32,000 nucleotides of DNA from Candidatus Saccharimonadota bacterium (GTDB lineage: Bacteria; Patescibacteriota; Microgenomatia; UBA1406; GWC2-37-13): the NCBI GenBank assembly GCA_016700135.1, contig CP065004.1, positions 570,001-602,000 on the forward strand, given 5' to 3'. The notes under the pieces are model-generated. The model was given only the letters and a program-made list of their open reading frames with translations. It had not been told where the DNA came from and did not search any database. Both the position numbers and the translations under genes were made by a program. Below, one piece after another: positions 24,651-32,000 of this stretch; position 1 is the first letter of the stretch, and each line of letters starts with the position of its first letter.

Positions 24651-25097
24651 TTATTGTCCTGACTGATCGATTTTATGAAGCCTGCGGAGATACTTTTCTT
24701 TCTTCAAAGGTTCTGTCTCAATAAAGATATCAACCAGTTCCTGTGCCTGTGGGGGCGATACCGAATCCGAAGGTAGCGCCAAGACATTAATATGGTCGTG
24801 TTCACGGGCACTTTTGACCTGATCTTTGTTAAATGCCAGACCGCAGTAAATACCTTTATAACGATTGGCAGATATACTTACTCCCACACCTGAACCGCAA
24901 ATCACTATTCCGAGAAATTCTTCCGGATTTTGCAGCACAGCCTCGGCAACTTTATGGGAGAAATCGGGGAAATCGTCTTCCGGGTTGTGCTCATAATTCC
25001 CCAGGTCTTCCACACGTATGTTTTTATTTTGAAGATACTCAATCAATTCATTTTTGAGGTGATATCCACGGTGGTCTGCGCCGATGAAGATAGTCAT
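24651..25097 (-). CDS. rpiB: Ribose-5-phosphate isomerase B
   Basis: 'IFIGADHRGYHLK' and 'ICGSGVGVSISANR' are present. Length is 148 aa. Confidence 0.9.
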   Translation of the reverse strand: MTIFIGADHRGYHLKNELIEYLQNKNIRVEDLGNYEHNPEDDFPDFSHKVAEAVLQNPEEFLGIVICGSGVGVSISANRYKGIYCGLAFNKDQVKSAREHDHINVLALPSDSVSPPQAQELVDIFIETEPLKKEKYLRRLHKIDQSGQ

Positions 25098-25103
25098 ATA
25101 TAT

Positions 25104-25109
25104 AGTATA
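25104..25109 (-). promoter_or_regulatory. -10 box TATACT, 6 nt upstream of rpiB ATG 25097
   Basis: The minus strand reads aatactaTATACTatatatATG. Confidence 0.4.
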
Positions 25110-25197
25110 TAGTATTCTGTATAGAGTATAAAGGGGAAACAGAGGAAATGTTGTCGCGTATGCTTGCTCACAGCTTTATACTAAATATTCAATACGT

Positions 25198-25203
25198 TAT
25201 ACT
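25198..25203 (+). promoter_or_regulatory. -10 box TATACT, 7 nt upstream of tatD ATG 25211
   Basis: The plus strand reads acgtTATACTaatcagcATG. Confidence 0.4.
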
Positions 25204-25210
25204 AATCAGC

Positions 25211-26035
25211 ATGTTTGATACACACTGTCATCTGAATTTTAAACGCTACAAAAAGACACTGTCTGATGTTATTAAAAACGCTCACGATAGTGGAGTTTCA
25301 TTAATAACCATACCGGGAACGGACGTTAAAACATCAAAAAAGGCAATAGAAATCGCCGAAGCATATGACTGGCTATTTGCTGCTGTCGGCATACACCCTC
25401 ACCATGTATACAACTTACTGAAACGGGAAGATATTACCGTTGAGAGTGAGTTGTCAGAGATAGAATTGCTGCTACAATCACACAAAGTGGTAGCTATCGG
25501 TGAAGTAGGAATGGACAGGCATGTTTATGAGGAGACAATATACAGGGAATACAATATATCTCCGGAATTTATATCTGTCCAAAAACGGTTACTCGGGTTG
25601 CAGATTGATCTTGCTGTTAAGCACAAAAAATCACTGATTCTTCATAATAGGGAGGCAAAAGAAGATTTGTTGCCGTTGCTTGAAGAGAAATGGACTCCTC
25701 AATTGGAAGGTAGAGCTGTTTTTCACTGTTGTGAGCCGGACCTTGACTTGCTTCAGTTTGCGCGTGATCACAACATCTTTATCGGTGTAGACGGAGATGT
25801 AACTTATGATACTGATAAGCAGCGTTTTATTCAGAAGGTTCCGCTTGAGATGCTCGTTATCGAGACTGACAGTCCGTATATACTTCCTGAACCTCTCCTT
25901 ACGGAAAAAAAATATCCGAATGAGCCGAAAAATATTGTGTACACTGCTGAAAAAGTAGCTTCCTTAAAAGGAATCTCGGCGGAAAATCTCATTCACGAAA
26001 CAACAAAAAACGGCAAAAGATTATTTGCTCTATAA
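25211..26035 (+). CDS. tatD: TatD-family metal-dependent hydrolase/DNase
   Basis: 'MFDTHCHLNF' is the canonical N-terminus, and 'IGEVGMD', 'ILHNREA' and 'IETDSPY' are present. The track's upstream start at 25148 would add 21 non-conserved residues and would overlap the -10 box. Confidence 0.85.
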   Translation: MFDTHCHLNFKRYKKTLSDVIKNAHDSGVSLITIPGTDVKTSKKAIEIAEAYDWLFAAVGIHPHHVYNLLKREDITVESELSEIELLLQSHKVVAIGEVGMDRHVYEETIYREYNISPEFISVQKRLLGLQIDLAVKHKKSLILHNREAKEDLLPLLEEKWTPQLEGRAVFHCCEPDLDLLQFARDHNIFIGVDGDVTYDTDKQRFIQKVPLEMLVIETDSPYILPEPLLTEKKYPNEPKNIVYTAEKVASLKGISAENLIHETTKNGKRLFAL

Positions 26036-26222
26036 TTCTTCTTTAATAAGAAATACGTCTGAGATATAAATAGTCTACTTTCGCCGGTCTGTTTTGGGAG
26101 CGCTAAAAAGTTCTGGTGCACGGTGTGTCATAAGGAAATATGTCTCTATATCAATCCATAATGAAATAATTGTTCACATTCATGGATGAAAGAATATTTC
26201 CCGATAAGAAGCCCTAATTCTC

Positions 26223-26432
26223 TTAATCTGCTCCTTTATTCCAGAACATAAGGTGCATAACGACTGCAAACACGAAGCCCGTGATGTAGGAATCCAAAGA
26301 AGATCCAATAAAGCCACCCAGCGAAAAAAGTGATATGGCCTGAAAGAAATGAAACTCACGGGTTGTAGAAAGAGCTAGATGCATTGTGAGGAGGTAAACT
26401 ATAGAAAGAAAAATATAGTAAAAAAGATCCAT
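26223..26432 (-). CDS. Hypothetical small membrane protein (69 aa)
   Basis: It has two to three hydrophobic segments and starts 4 nt after the glycosyltransferase stop. I recognise no homology. Confidence 0.35.
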   Translation of the reverse strand: MDLFYYIFLSIVYLLTMHLALSTTREFHFFQAISLFSLGGFIGSSLDSYITGFVFAVVMHLMFWNKGAD

Positions 26433-26436
26433 AGGA

Positions 26437-27636
26437 TCAGATTATTTGTAACAATCCCAGCCATTCTTTTTGAAAGCGGGAAGGATTATAGCTCTGTGCC
26501 CGATCAAATGCCCGGATGCTCAGTTTCTCATGCCGTACTTTATCATAAAAAAGTTCGCTCATTTTCTGCGCTATATCCTTCGGGTCCTGGGGATTAGCAA
26601 ATACGGCTGCCTCGCCGGCAATTTCACGGAAGATCGGGATATCGGCAAGGACACTCGGAGTACTCATATATCCTGCTTCCGCAAATGAATAACCGAATCC
26701 CTCATCATAAGACATCAACAGATTCATGCGGGCATTCGAATAAAGTAACAGTAGTTCCAAATCCGAGATGAAACCGGGGAAAATAAACCGTTTATCATTT
26801 TGTGCCAGCTGCAGAAATTCATAAAGTGATTTTTGCCAGGGATGCGGTTTCACCGATAGTTGTTTTACGTTTGCTTCGCTAAATACATTCCCGACAAATA
26901 CACAGGTAATGTTCGTCATTTTTAAAGCCCGTGCTAAGTTCGGGAGATTTTTATTCCAGGTAGCGTCTCCGACATAGATTGCAAAGTCTTTAAGATTTTT
27001 TAATAATTCATTCTTGGTGATCTGATCAAGCGGAAGTCTGCTGAATTCAGGGATTATTTGATTGTTTTCTTTGTGAAAAGGATGGTGATGTGCGGGTGAT
27101 TCTTCGGAAGTATCTAAATGAGGCAAAAACAGGCGGCTTACAGTTGGGTATATTACCCGAACTTTTTCCGCAGGGACTTTATACAATGTTACGATGTCTT
27201 TTTTACTAACCTCAGAGTCGGTGATAATGAGATCATATTTTTTTATTGCCCGTTTGTTTAAAAAGTTGTACCACCATCCGCGTAATCCAGTTGGATAATT
27301 TTTTTTGTATTTTAGCGGTATGAGATCATGAATAACTGCTAACTGTTTATGGGTTTTCTTTCCCGAAAATAAAGGCTTTTGTACCGGATTAAAAAAGGGA
27401 TTTAGAAAAATCATCTCAGGACGAAGAGATTTTAGTTCCGATAAGTAGTTGAAATAGAGATTGTCAGAAGGGTTTGCTGGCTGTTCTTGATACAGTGAAG
27501 GGTTAACATTTCCAACGGGATGTGGAGTAGAAATTGAGTTAAAGGTTTCTTTAAGCGTCTGAAAATAGCGACCTATACCCCGTACTCTGCTTTGCTGATC
27601 TGTAGCCGTAGGGTCATATACTGCAATAGTTTTCAT
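26437..27636 (-). CDS. Glycosyltransferase, GT4/group-1 family
   Basis: The C-terminal GT-B motif 'YDEGFGYSFAEAGYMSTPSVLADIPIFREIAGEAAVFANPQDP' is present. Confidence 0.85.
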   Translation of the reverse strand: MKTIAVYDPTATDQQSRVRGIGRYFQTLKETFNSISTPHPVGNVNPSLYQEQPANPSDNLYFNYLSELKSLRPEMIFLNPFFNPVQKPLFSGKKTHKQLAVIHDLIPLKYKKNYPTGLRGWWYNFLNKRAIKKYDLIITDSEVSKKDIVTLYKVPAEKVRVIYPTVSRLFLPHLDTSEESPAHHHPFHKENNQIIPEFSRLPLDQITKNELLKNLKDFAIYVGDATWNKNLPNLARALKMTNITCVFVGNVFSEANVKQLSVKPHPWQKSLYEFLQLAQNDKRFIFPGFISDLELLLLYSNARMNLLMSYDEGFGYSFAEAGYMSTPSVLADIPIFREIAGEAAVFANPQDPKDIAQKMSELFYDKVRHEKLSIRAFDRAQSYNPSRFQKEWLGLLQII

Positions 27637-27642
27637 AGGATT

Positions 27643-27651
27643 ATTGTAGCA
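27643..27651 (-). promoter_or_regulatory. Extended -10 promoter TGCTACAAT, 6 nt upstream of ATG 27636
   Basis: The minus strand reads attcTGCTACAATaatcctATG. Confidence 0.5.
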
Positions 27652-28009
27652 GAATACCTTGCAGGCTGTTATGGAGAGAGATTTTTGCTAAACAGAAGTG
27701 CTAAAAATTTTCTGTCATAAATTATGACATGCTACTATGAAAGCATAAAATACATAAATCAGTGTAGATATTTAAGAACAATATAAGATGAAATTGGTCG
27801 GTTTTTAGCAGTTATATGTATAAGTATGAAATCCTGTTCTGACAAGTAAGGCAAAGGCCGGATTTCTACCAAATCTTTTCAGTAGCAAAATTGAGTCAGA
27901 TACCTCTCTGGACAAAGTAAAGTGTCGAATATATTTGATCGGAAATAAGGCATAGAAAGATATATTAAGAGTTATTTAGTTACTATATGATATATAGTAT
28001 TTGTAGGTT

Positions 28010-28921
28010 CTATACCGCTACTTTTGCTTTTATCGGTGGATGTGGATTGTAGTTTTCAAGAGTAAAATCTTCAAAGGTAAAATCAAAAATCGATTTGACA
28101 TGAGAATTTAGTTTTATAGTAGGGAAGGGACGAATATCTCTTTTGAGTTGTTCTTTGACTTGATCAAGATGATTTTTGTATATATGGACATCTCCGAATG
28201 TGTGCACGAAGTCCCCGGGCTCTAAACCGGTTACTTGTGCTACCATCATCAAAAGTAAAGCATAGGACGCGATATTGAAAGGTACTCCCAGAAATACATC
28301 GGCGCTTCTTTGATACAGCTGACAGGAAAGCTTTCCGTCAACAACATAGAACTGAAACATAGTGTGGCAGGGAGGAAGTCCAGCTTTTGCCATCTCCTCA
28401 ATATCGGCTGCATTCCAGGCACTGACTATAAGCCGACGCGAGTTCGGATTTTTCTTAATTTCGTCAATCAATTTGGAAATTTGATCAATCTCTCCGCCTT
28501 CGGGTGTTTTCCAATGGCGCCATTGCACGCCATATACAGGTCCGAGCTCGCCCCACTTTTTAGCGAATATATCAGATTTTTTTATTTCTTCAATAAATTC
28601 CGTTTGAGTTAAAGGCTGTTTGTTTTCTTTCTCGACTGACTCTTTGTAAAATCGATATGGCCAGTCATCCCAGATATGTACGTTATTATCAACCAAATAT
28701 TTTATATTTGATTCTCCCTGTAAAAACCAAAGCAGCTCATGAATAATGCCTTTTAAGAAGACTTTTTTTGTAGTAAGTAGAGGAAACCCTTCCTGTAAGT
28801 TAAATCGAATTTGTCTACCAAACAGACTATAAGTACCGGTTCCTGTCCGATCGTCCTTGTAAATACCGTTTTCGAGGATGTCTTTCAAAAGGTTTAGATA
28901 TTGTTGTTCTGAGGTCTGCAT
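28010..28921 (-). CDS. thyA: Thymidylate synthase (ThyA type)
   Basis: '[12 protein letters not shown]', '[14 protein letters not shown]' and '[12 protein letters not shown]' (catalytic Cys) are present. Length is 303 aa. Confidence 0.97.
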   Translation of the reverse strand: MQTSEQQYLNLLKDILENGIYKDDRTGTGTYSLFGRQIRFNLQEGFPLLTTKKVFLKGIIHELLWFLQGESNIKYLVDNNVHIWDDWPYRFYKESVEKENKQPLTQTEFIEEIKKSDIFAKKWGELGPVYGVQWRHWKTPEGGEIDQISKLIDEIKKNPNSRRLIVSAWNAADIEEMAKAGLPPCHTMFQFYVVDGKLSCQLYQRSADVFLGVPFNIASYALLLMMVAQVTGLEPGDFVHTFGDVHIYKNHLDQVKEQLKRDIRPFPTIKLNSHVKSIFDFTFEDFTLENYNPHPPIKAKVAV

Positions 28922-28930
28922 GATGCAAAA

Positions 28931-28939
28931 ATTGAATCA
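28931..28939 (-). promoter_or_regulatory. Weak extended -10-like TGATTCAAT, 9 nt upstream of thyA ATG 28921
   Basis: The minus strand reads attgaTGATTCAATttttgcatcATG. The hexamer matches 4 of 6 positions. Confidence 0.3.
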
Positions 28940-28987
28940 TCAATTTTGATATATATAGATGTCTTTATATGCATTATGATTGGCTTA

Positions 28988-29419
28988 TTATCCGGTGCTT
29001 CCGAATCCTCCGCGTGATGTCTCTTTAATACTTTTGACTTCAACGAATGTCTCGACTTTAGCAATTTGGACTAGTAGTGCCTGGGCAATCCTTTCTCCTT
29101 TTTCGACAGTGACATTTTCCTTAGAAAAATTCAAAACCTGTATGCCGATTTCATCTTTATCTCCGTGATAATCTTGATCTATGACTCCAATACTATTTGC
29201 AATTATCAGGTTTTTTTTTATAGGTGTAGAGCTGCGACTGGCAAGCATTAAAAAATAACCTTCAGGTACTTCCACGATTATATTTGCAGGAATAATGGTA
29301 GGAGACCAGGGCTGAACGGTTGTTTTTTCACGAGCATACAAATCAAATGCAACGGAGCCTTCTGTCTGATATTCAGGTAATGGGAGAGAAGAATCAATTC
29401 GTTTTATGCGAATATTCAT
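28988..29419 (-). CDS. dut: dUTP diphosphatase (trimeric dUTPase)
   Basis: 'GSVAFDLYA', 'GVIDQDYHGD' and the C-terminal 'SRGGFGSTG' are present. I prefer ATG 29419 because the track's GTG 29425 directly abuts the -10 box. Confidence 0.9.
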   Translation of the reverse strand: MNIRIKRIDSSLPLPEYQTEGSVAFDLYAREKTTVQPWSPTIIPANIIVEVPEGYFLMLASRSSTPIKKNLIIANSIGVIDQDYHGDKDEIGIQVLNFSKENVTVEKGERIAQALLVQIAKVETFVEVKSIKETSRGGFGSTG

Positions 29420-29425
29420 AGACAC

Positions 29426-29434
29426 ATTCTAGCA
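29426..29434 (-). promoter_or_regulatory. Extended -10 promoter TGCTAGAAT, 6 nt upstream of dut ATG 29419
   Basis: The minus strand reads ttctgTGCTAGAATgtgtctATG. Confidence 0.5.
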
Positions 29435-30466
29435 CAGAAATTCATTTTAAGGGTAATAATGTCCCGAATTTTAAATAGATCATAATATATCATTTATTAT
29501 TAAATAATATACATCTTATACAGGTGTGTTTAACTCATGCGTAAAAACAGAAGCCGTTTAGTTATTACAGAATAAAGAACCTACTATTAAAGAGTTTATC
29601 AACGACGGACATCAAATAAACATTACTCTATTAAGAGCGAGAACCCAAGCAGGTAGACACTATTATAATCATTTCCCTTAACTTTCAAAAAATAAAGGTT
29701 CAAAACTTAAAAGTTCGCAAAGTATATTGGTTGTGGATAATTTGTGTATAAATTATTAACGCTATTGCGGGAATTATTTAGAGTAGAGAAATATCCCCAT
29801 ATACCATGGGGGAGTATAGTATGGATCATAGATACAATTATCAAAATAAAAAGCGACGTTTCAGAAATATAATTGACAACATTATTTTTGGTCATTTTGA
29901 CAACTTAACGGAACGTGCTCATGAAGAATTAATACTAAATATGGAGATGGAAAATAAATAAAAACCACATAAGAAACATTGGAATGCGGTGAATATTGTA
30001 AATAAATGAGATATCAGTGCCCTTTTTTAAGTGAGAGGTAGGTAATTCGGGCGATTTTGAGGATTTAGGCTCAATAGTAGGTGATAGAATACTTTTTGTA
30101 AGAAAATATTTATAAAACTCATTCTGTTTTAGCAAACATCTCTCACAACTGCCATTATTGTTGATTGTTCTTTAAGATTCCGTAGGAGCCATTTAGTTGC
30201 GATCTTAATTATTATAAAAACGGAAAAAGCTATTGCATACCGATGAAAAGAAAATCCATATATTTTTTAATGCCACTAAAAGCAGGAAGTAAGTAGAGGT
30301 TATCATAAAAATAACCAATATAGTAGCTTGTTTAACAACGAATAGAGCTTGGAGGAGCCAATAAAAGTTCTAAAAAGCAAAGTAAAATATATAGGCTCAA
30401 AAAAATAAGTATTACTATAACAATATACATATTTATAGGGCATTTATATGCCCTATCTAACTGATT
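29435..30466. other. ~1-kb very AT-rich region without a convincing ORF
   Basis: No ORF longer than 66 aa occurs on any frame. A hand count of 29461-29580 gives 31 G+C in 120 nt, clearly below the flanking coding DNA. Confidence 0.6.
29732..29751. promoter_or_regulatory. Two adjacent DnaA-box-like 9-mers: TGTGGATAA (perfect consensus) and TGTGTATAA (1 mismatch)
   Basis: Read directly: 29732-29740 and 29743-29751, same orientation, 2 nt apart, inside the AT-rich desert. Confidence 0.3.
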
Positions 30467-31426
30467 CTAGAAACAGTTATAGGCTTTATTAAATACTGAA
30501 AATTCTACAGCCCTTTTCCCTTCGAGTTGTACTTGGCGGAGTTGGGGAGTGTTATCTTCAAATGTCATATCTAGGAGTTTGAGCCGCTTTTCATTAGGAC
30601 CGACCTTGATGGTCGTCCAGACACCCGGCCAGGGATGAAGGCCCTGATATAGATGGTAGAGCACAGGGCCGGCGTCATAGTTTTTTTTTGGAGGGATATT
30701 ATTTTTTACGTGATACCGTTGCAGGATTTCAGGTAATTGCTCAAACGTGACATTTTTATTATTTAGCGCTTGAGAAATAAAAGTCTGAGTAATAAAGCCG
30801 TCTTTTTTCTTTAAAAGTCTCGTATAAGTAGCAAGATGTTCTTCCTGCTGCTTACTTTGGAGGGAATTCGTTTTAAGCAATGACAGAGCGTAAAAGATCT
30901 GTTGTTCCGCAAGTGCCACAAGCTTTTGCTCGATCTGCTCACGCTTATCTCTCGCTTTTATGGATACGGATGTTTGCATAAGTATGTCACCTTGGTCTAA
31001 TCCTTGATTCATTTGCATGAGCGTAGTTCCGGTTTCAGCTTCGCCAAGTATTAGTGGATATACAATCGGAGAAGGTCCGCGATATTTGGGTAATAAAGAA
31101 GGATGAACATTCCATATTCCGAAAGGGATGCTTTTCAACAGGCTTGTTGAAAGGATCTCACCATATGCGAACAAAATTCCCAAAGTAATTTTTTTTTCAC
31201 GGATAATAGAGAGTAATTCATCCTCGTATTTTTTTAGCGGTTTATCAAAGAATTCGATGTTGTGAACTACTGCATTGTTTTTTACTGCAGTAGCTGTTAT
31301 TTCCAACCTTTTTCCGGCTGGTTTGTCTGGCTGGGTTATAACGAGGCTTATCGGTAAGTTTTTTTCTAAAAGCCTATCTAAAAGTAATTCAGATAATTGC
31401 GGAGAACCAAAGTAAGCAATATTCAT
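30467..31426 (-). CDS. fmt: Methionyl-tRNA formyltransferase
   Basis: 'IAYFGSPQLS', 'NVHPSLLPKYRGPSPI' and a C-terminal tRNA-binding domain are present. Length is 319 aa. Confidence 0.92.
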   Translation of the reverse strand: MNIAYFGSPQLSELLLDRLLEKNLPISLVITQPDKPAGKRLEITATAVKNNAVVHNIEFFDKPLKKYEDELLSIIREKKITLGILFAYGEILSTSLLKSIPFGIWNVHPSLLPKYRGPSPIVYPLILGEAETGTTLMQMNQGLDQGDILMQTSVSIKARDKREQIEQKLVALAEQQIFYALSLLKTNSLQSKQQEEHLATYTRLLKKKDGFITQTFISQALNNKNVTFEQLPEILQRYHVKNNIPPKKNYDAGPVLYHLYQGLHPWPGVWTTIKVGPNEKRLKLLDMTFEDNTPQLRQVQLEGKRAVEFSVFNKAYNCF

Positions 31427-31430
31427 ATTT

Positions 31431-31925
31431 CTATTCCGTAAATATAAAAGTCCTTTCGACTAGAGTTCGATAGGCAATTTCGAACGTTATAGACAGGGTA
31501 GTCTCTCTAGTCGGATGTTCAATCCGTATAGTATTGGTATCGTTGCTTAGATATTCTATACCATCAACGTCATCAAGAGTAACGGAACTCGTTGCTTCTG
31601 ATACGACAGGCATTTCTTCATTACAAGTAAAACTCATTACTGAATTGCTGGTTTCGTCAATAAACGCTCCCGAGTTACTGCTGATTTTTTTCGTGCTTAA
31701 GCTTTCAGGGTACAACATTGAGAATCCGCATGTGGTACTGTCAAATAGTCGGAAAGAGGGGATTGGTTTTTGAGTCACAGGCAAAATGGATGGTGAGGGA
31801 GCAATGGTAAGTAACAGTTGCAAAGCTTCATCAGCTGTTTGAACACGCTTGCCGAATTGCATGCCCAAAATGAAAAAGAGAATTGTTATAAGAACGCCCA
31901 GCAAAATCAATGGCCCTTTTTTCAT
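31431..31925 (-). CDS. Hypothetical membrane-anchored protein
   Basis: The N-terminal TM is 'KKGPLILLGVLITILFFILGMQF'. The stop lies 4 nt before fmt. I chose ATG 31925 because of the -10 box at 31933-31941; the track start is 31958. Confidence 0.6.
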   Translation of the reverse strand: MKKGPLILLGVLITILFFILGMQFGKRVQTADEALQLLLTIAPSPSILPVTQKPIPSFRLFDSTTCGFSMLYPESLSTKKISSNSGAFIDETSNSVMSFTCNEEMPVVSEATSSVTLDDVDGIEYLSNDTNTIRIEHPTRETTLSITFEIAYRTLVERTFIFTE

Positions 31926-31932
31926 ACCCATG

Positions 31933-31941
31933 AGTATAACA
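31933..31941 (-). promoter_or_regulatory. Extended -10 promoter TGTTATACT, 7 nt upstream of ATG 31925
   Basis: The minus strand reads tatcTGTTATACTcatgggtATGaaaaaa. Confidence 0.45.
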
Positions 31942-32000
31942 GATAAAAAGAGTCTCACGGAGATTTCCTATTGTTATAGCACTGTAAGAAGGTATTCTCG

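Noticed and set aside
27652-28009. A 358-nt non-coding spacer lies downstream of thyA. I checked it for a decayed folA or an RNA gene; it contains the small palindromes TGTCAT-n5-ATGACA and ACTATAT-n3-ATATAGT.
   Set aside because: It is too short for DHFR, no frame shows DHFR-like motifs, and the palindromes are short and AT-rich. Absence of folA from a 32-kb window says nothing about the genome.
29707-30135. Two short minus-strand ORFs (62 and 66 aa) lie in the AT-rich desert.
   Set aside because: Their F/I/L/N/K/Y-rich translations are what AT-rich DNA yields by chance. They have no start-proximal -10 box like the real genes and are neither contiguous nor coupled. At most they are remnants of a decayed membrane-protein gene.
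30435-30456. A hairpin ATAGGGCAT-ttat-ATGCCCTAT lies just downstream of the fmt stop. I considered it as an intrinsic terminator.
   Set aside because: The 9-bp stem is perfect, but no U-tract follows on the fmt (minus) strand, where it reads ...CCCTATAAATATG. I keep it only as a weak possibility.
1-32000. I considered alternative genetic code (UGA recoding as in Gracilibacteria/SR1), CRISPR arrays, and tRNA or rRNA genes.
   Set aside because: All conserved genes are full-length and uninterrupted under the standard code. I saw no regularly spaced direct repeats, no T-loop-like GGTTCGAATCC sequence outside coding regions, and no rRNA-like G+C-rich non-coding block.

Overview
The window is a compact, AT-rich bacterial chromosome segment read with the standard genetic code. 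It holds about 27 protein genes on both strands, and I found no rRNA, tRNA or CRISPR. Most genes are small-genome housekeeping: tgt, an rpe-like gene, eno, gpmA, rpiB, thyA, dut, fmt, dprA, tatD, a class A PBP, an M20 peptidase, a GT4 glycosyltransferase and a CPA2 antiporter. The gene mix, the Pro/Thr/Ser-rich linkers and the tight packing suggest an uncultivated CPR/Patescibacteria-like organism; that is inference only, since the window has no marker RNA. The features worth a second look are:
1. A dispersed set of secreted or anchored modular proteins carries cohesin-like and dockerin-like modules (2-979, 4711-7757, 12116-14235). One protein has both module types. Another is a cohesin-like protein with only a C-terminal anchor.
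2. A two-subunit ATP-citrate lyase operon (aclB-aclA) has no other TCA genes nearby.
3. A single ORF fuses a histidine phosphatase to an APH/choline-kinase-like kinase, next to eno.
4. In 18 cases a TAnnnT -10 box (13 with a TGn extension) lies 5-12 nt upstream of a start codon, usually with no Shine-Dalgarno motif. Downstream cistrons sit 2-4 nt apart.
5. A 715-bp IS1595-like element with perfect 15-bp inverted repeats and a 7-bp target duplication cleanly splits a membrane-protein gene.
6. A ~1-kb very AT-rich gene desert contains a perfect DnaA box next to a near-perfect one.
7. Two central-carbon enzymes, gpmA and the rpe-like gene, show non-canonical residues at positions that are normally catalytic or metal-binding histidines.
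All functional calls come from motif recognition by eye; no database search was run.
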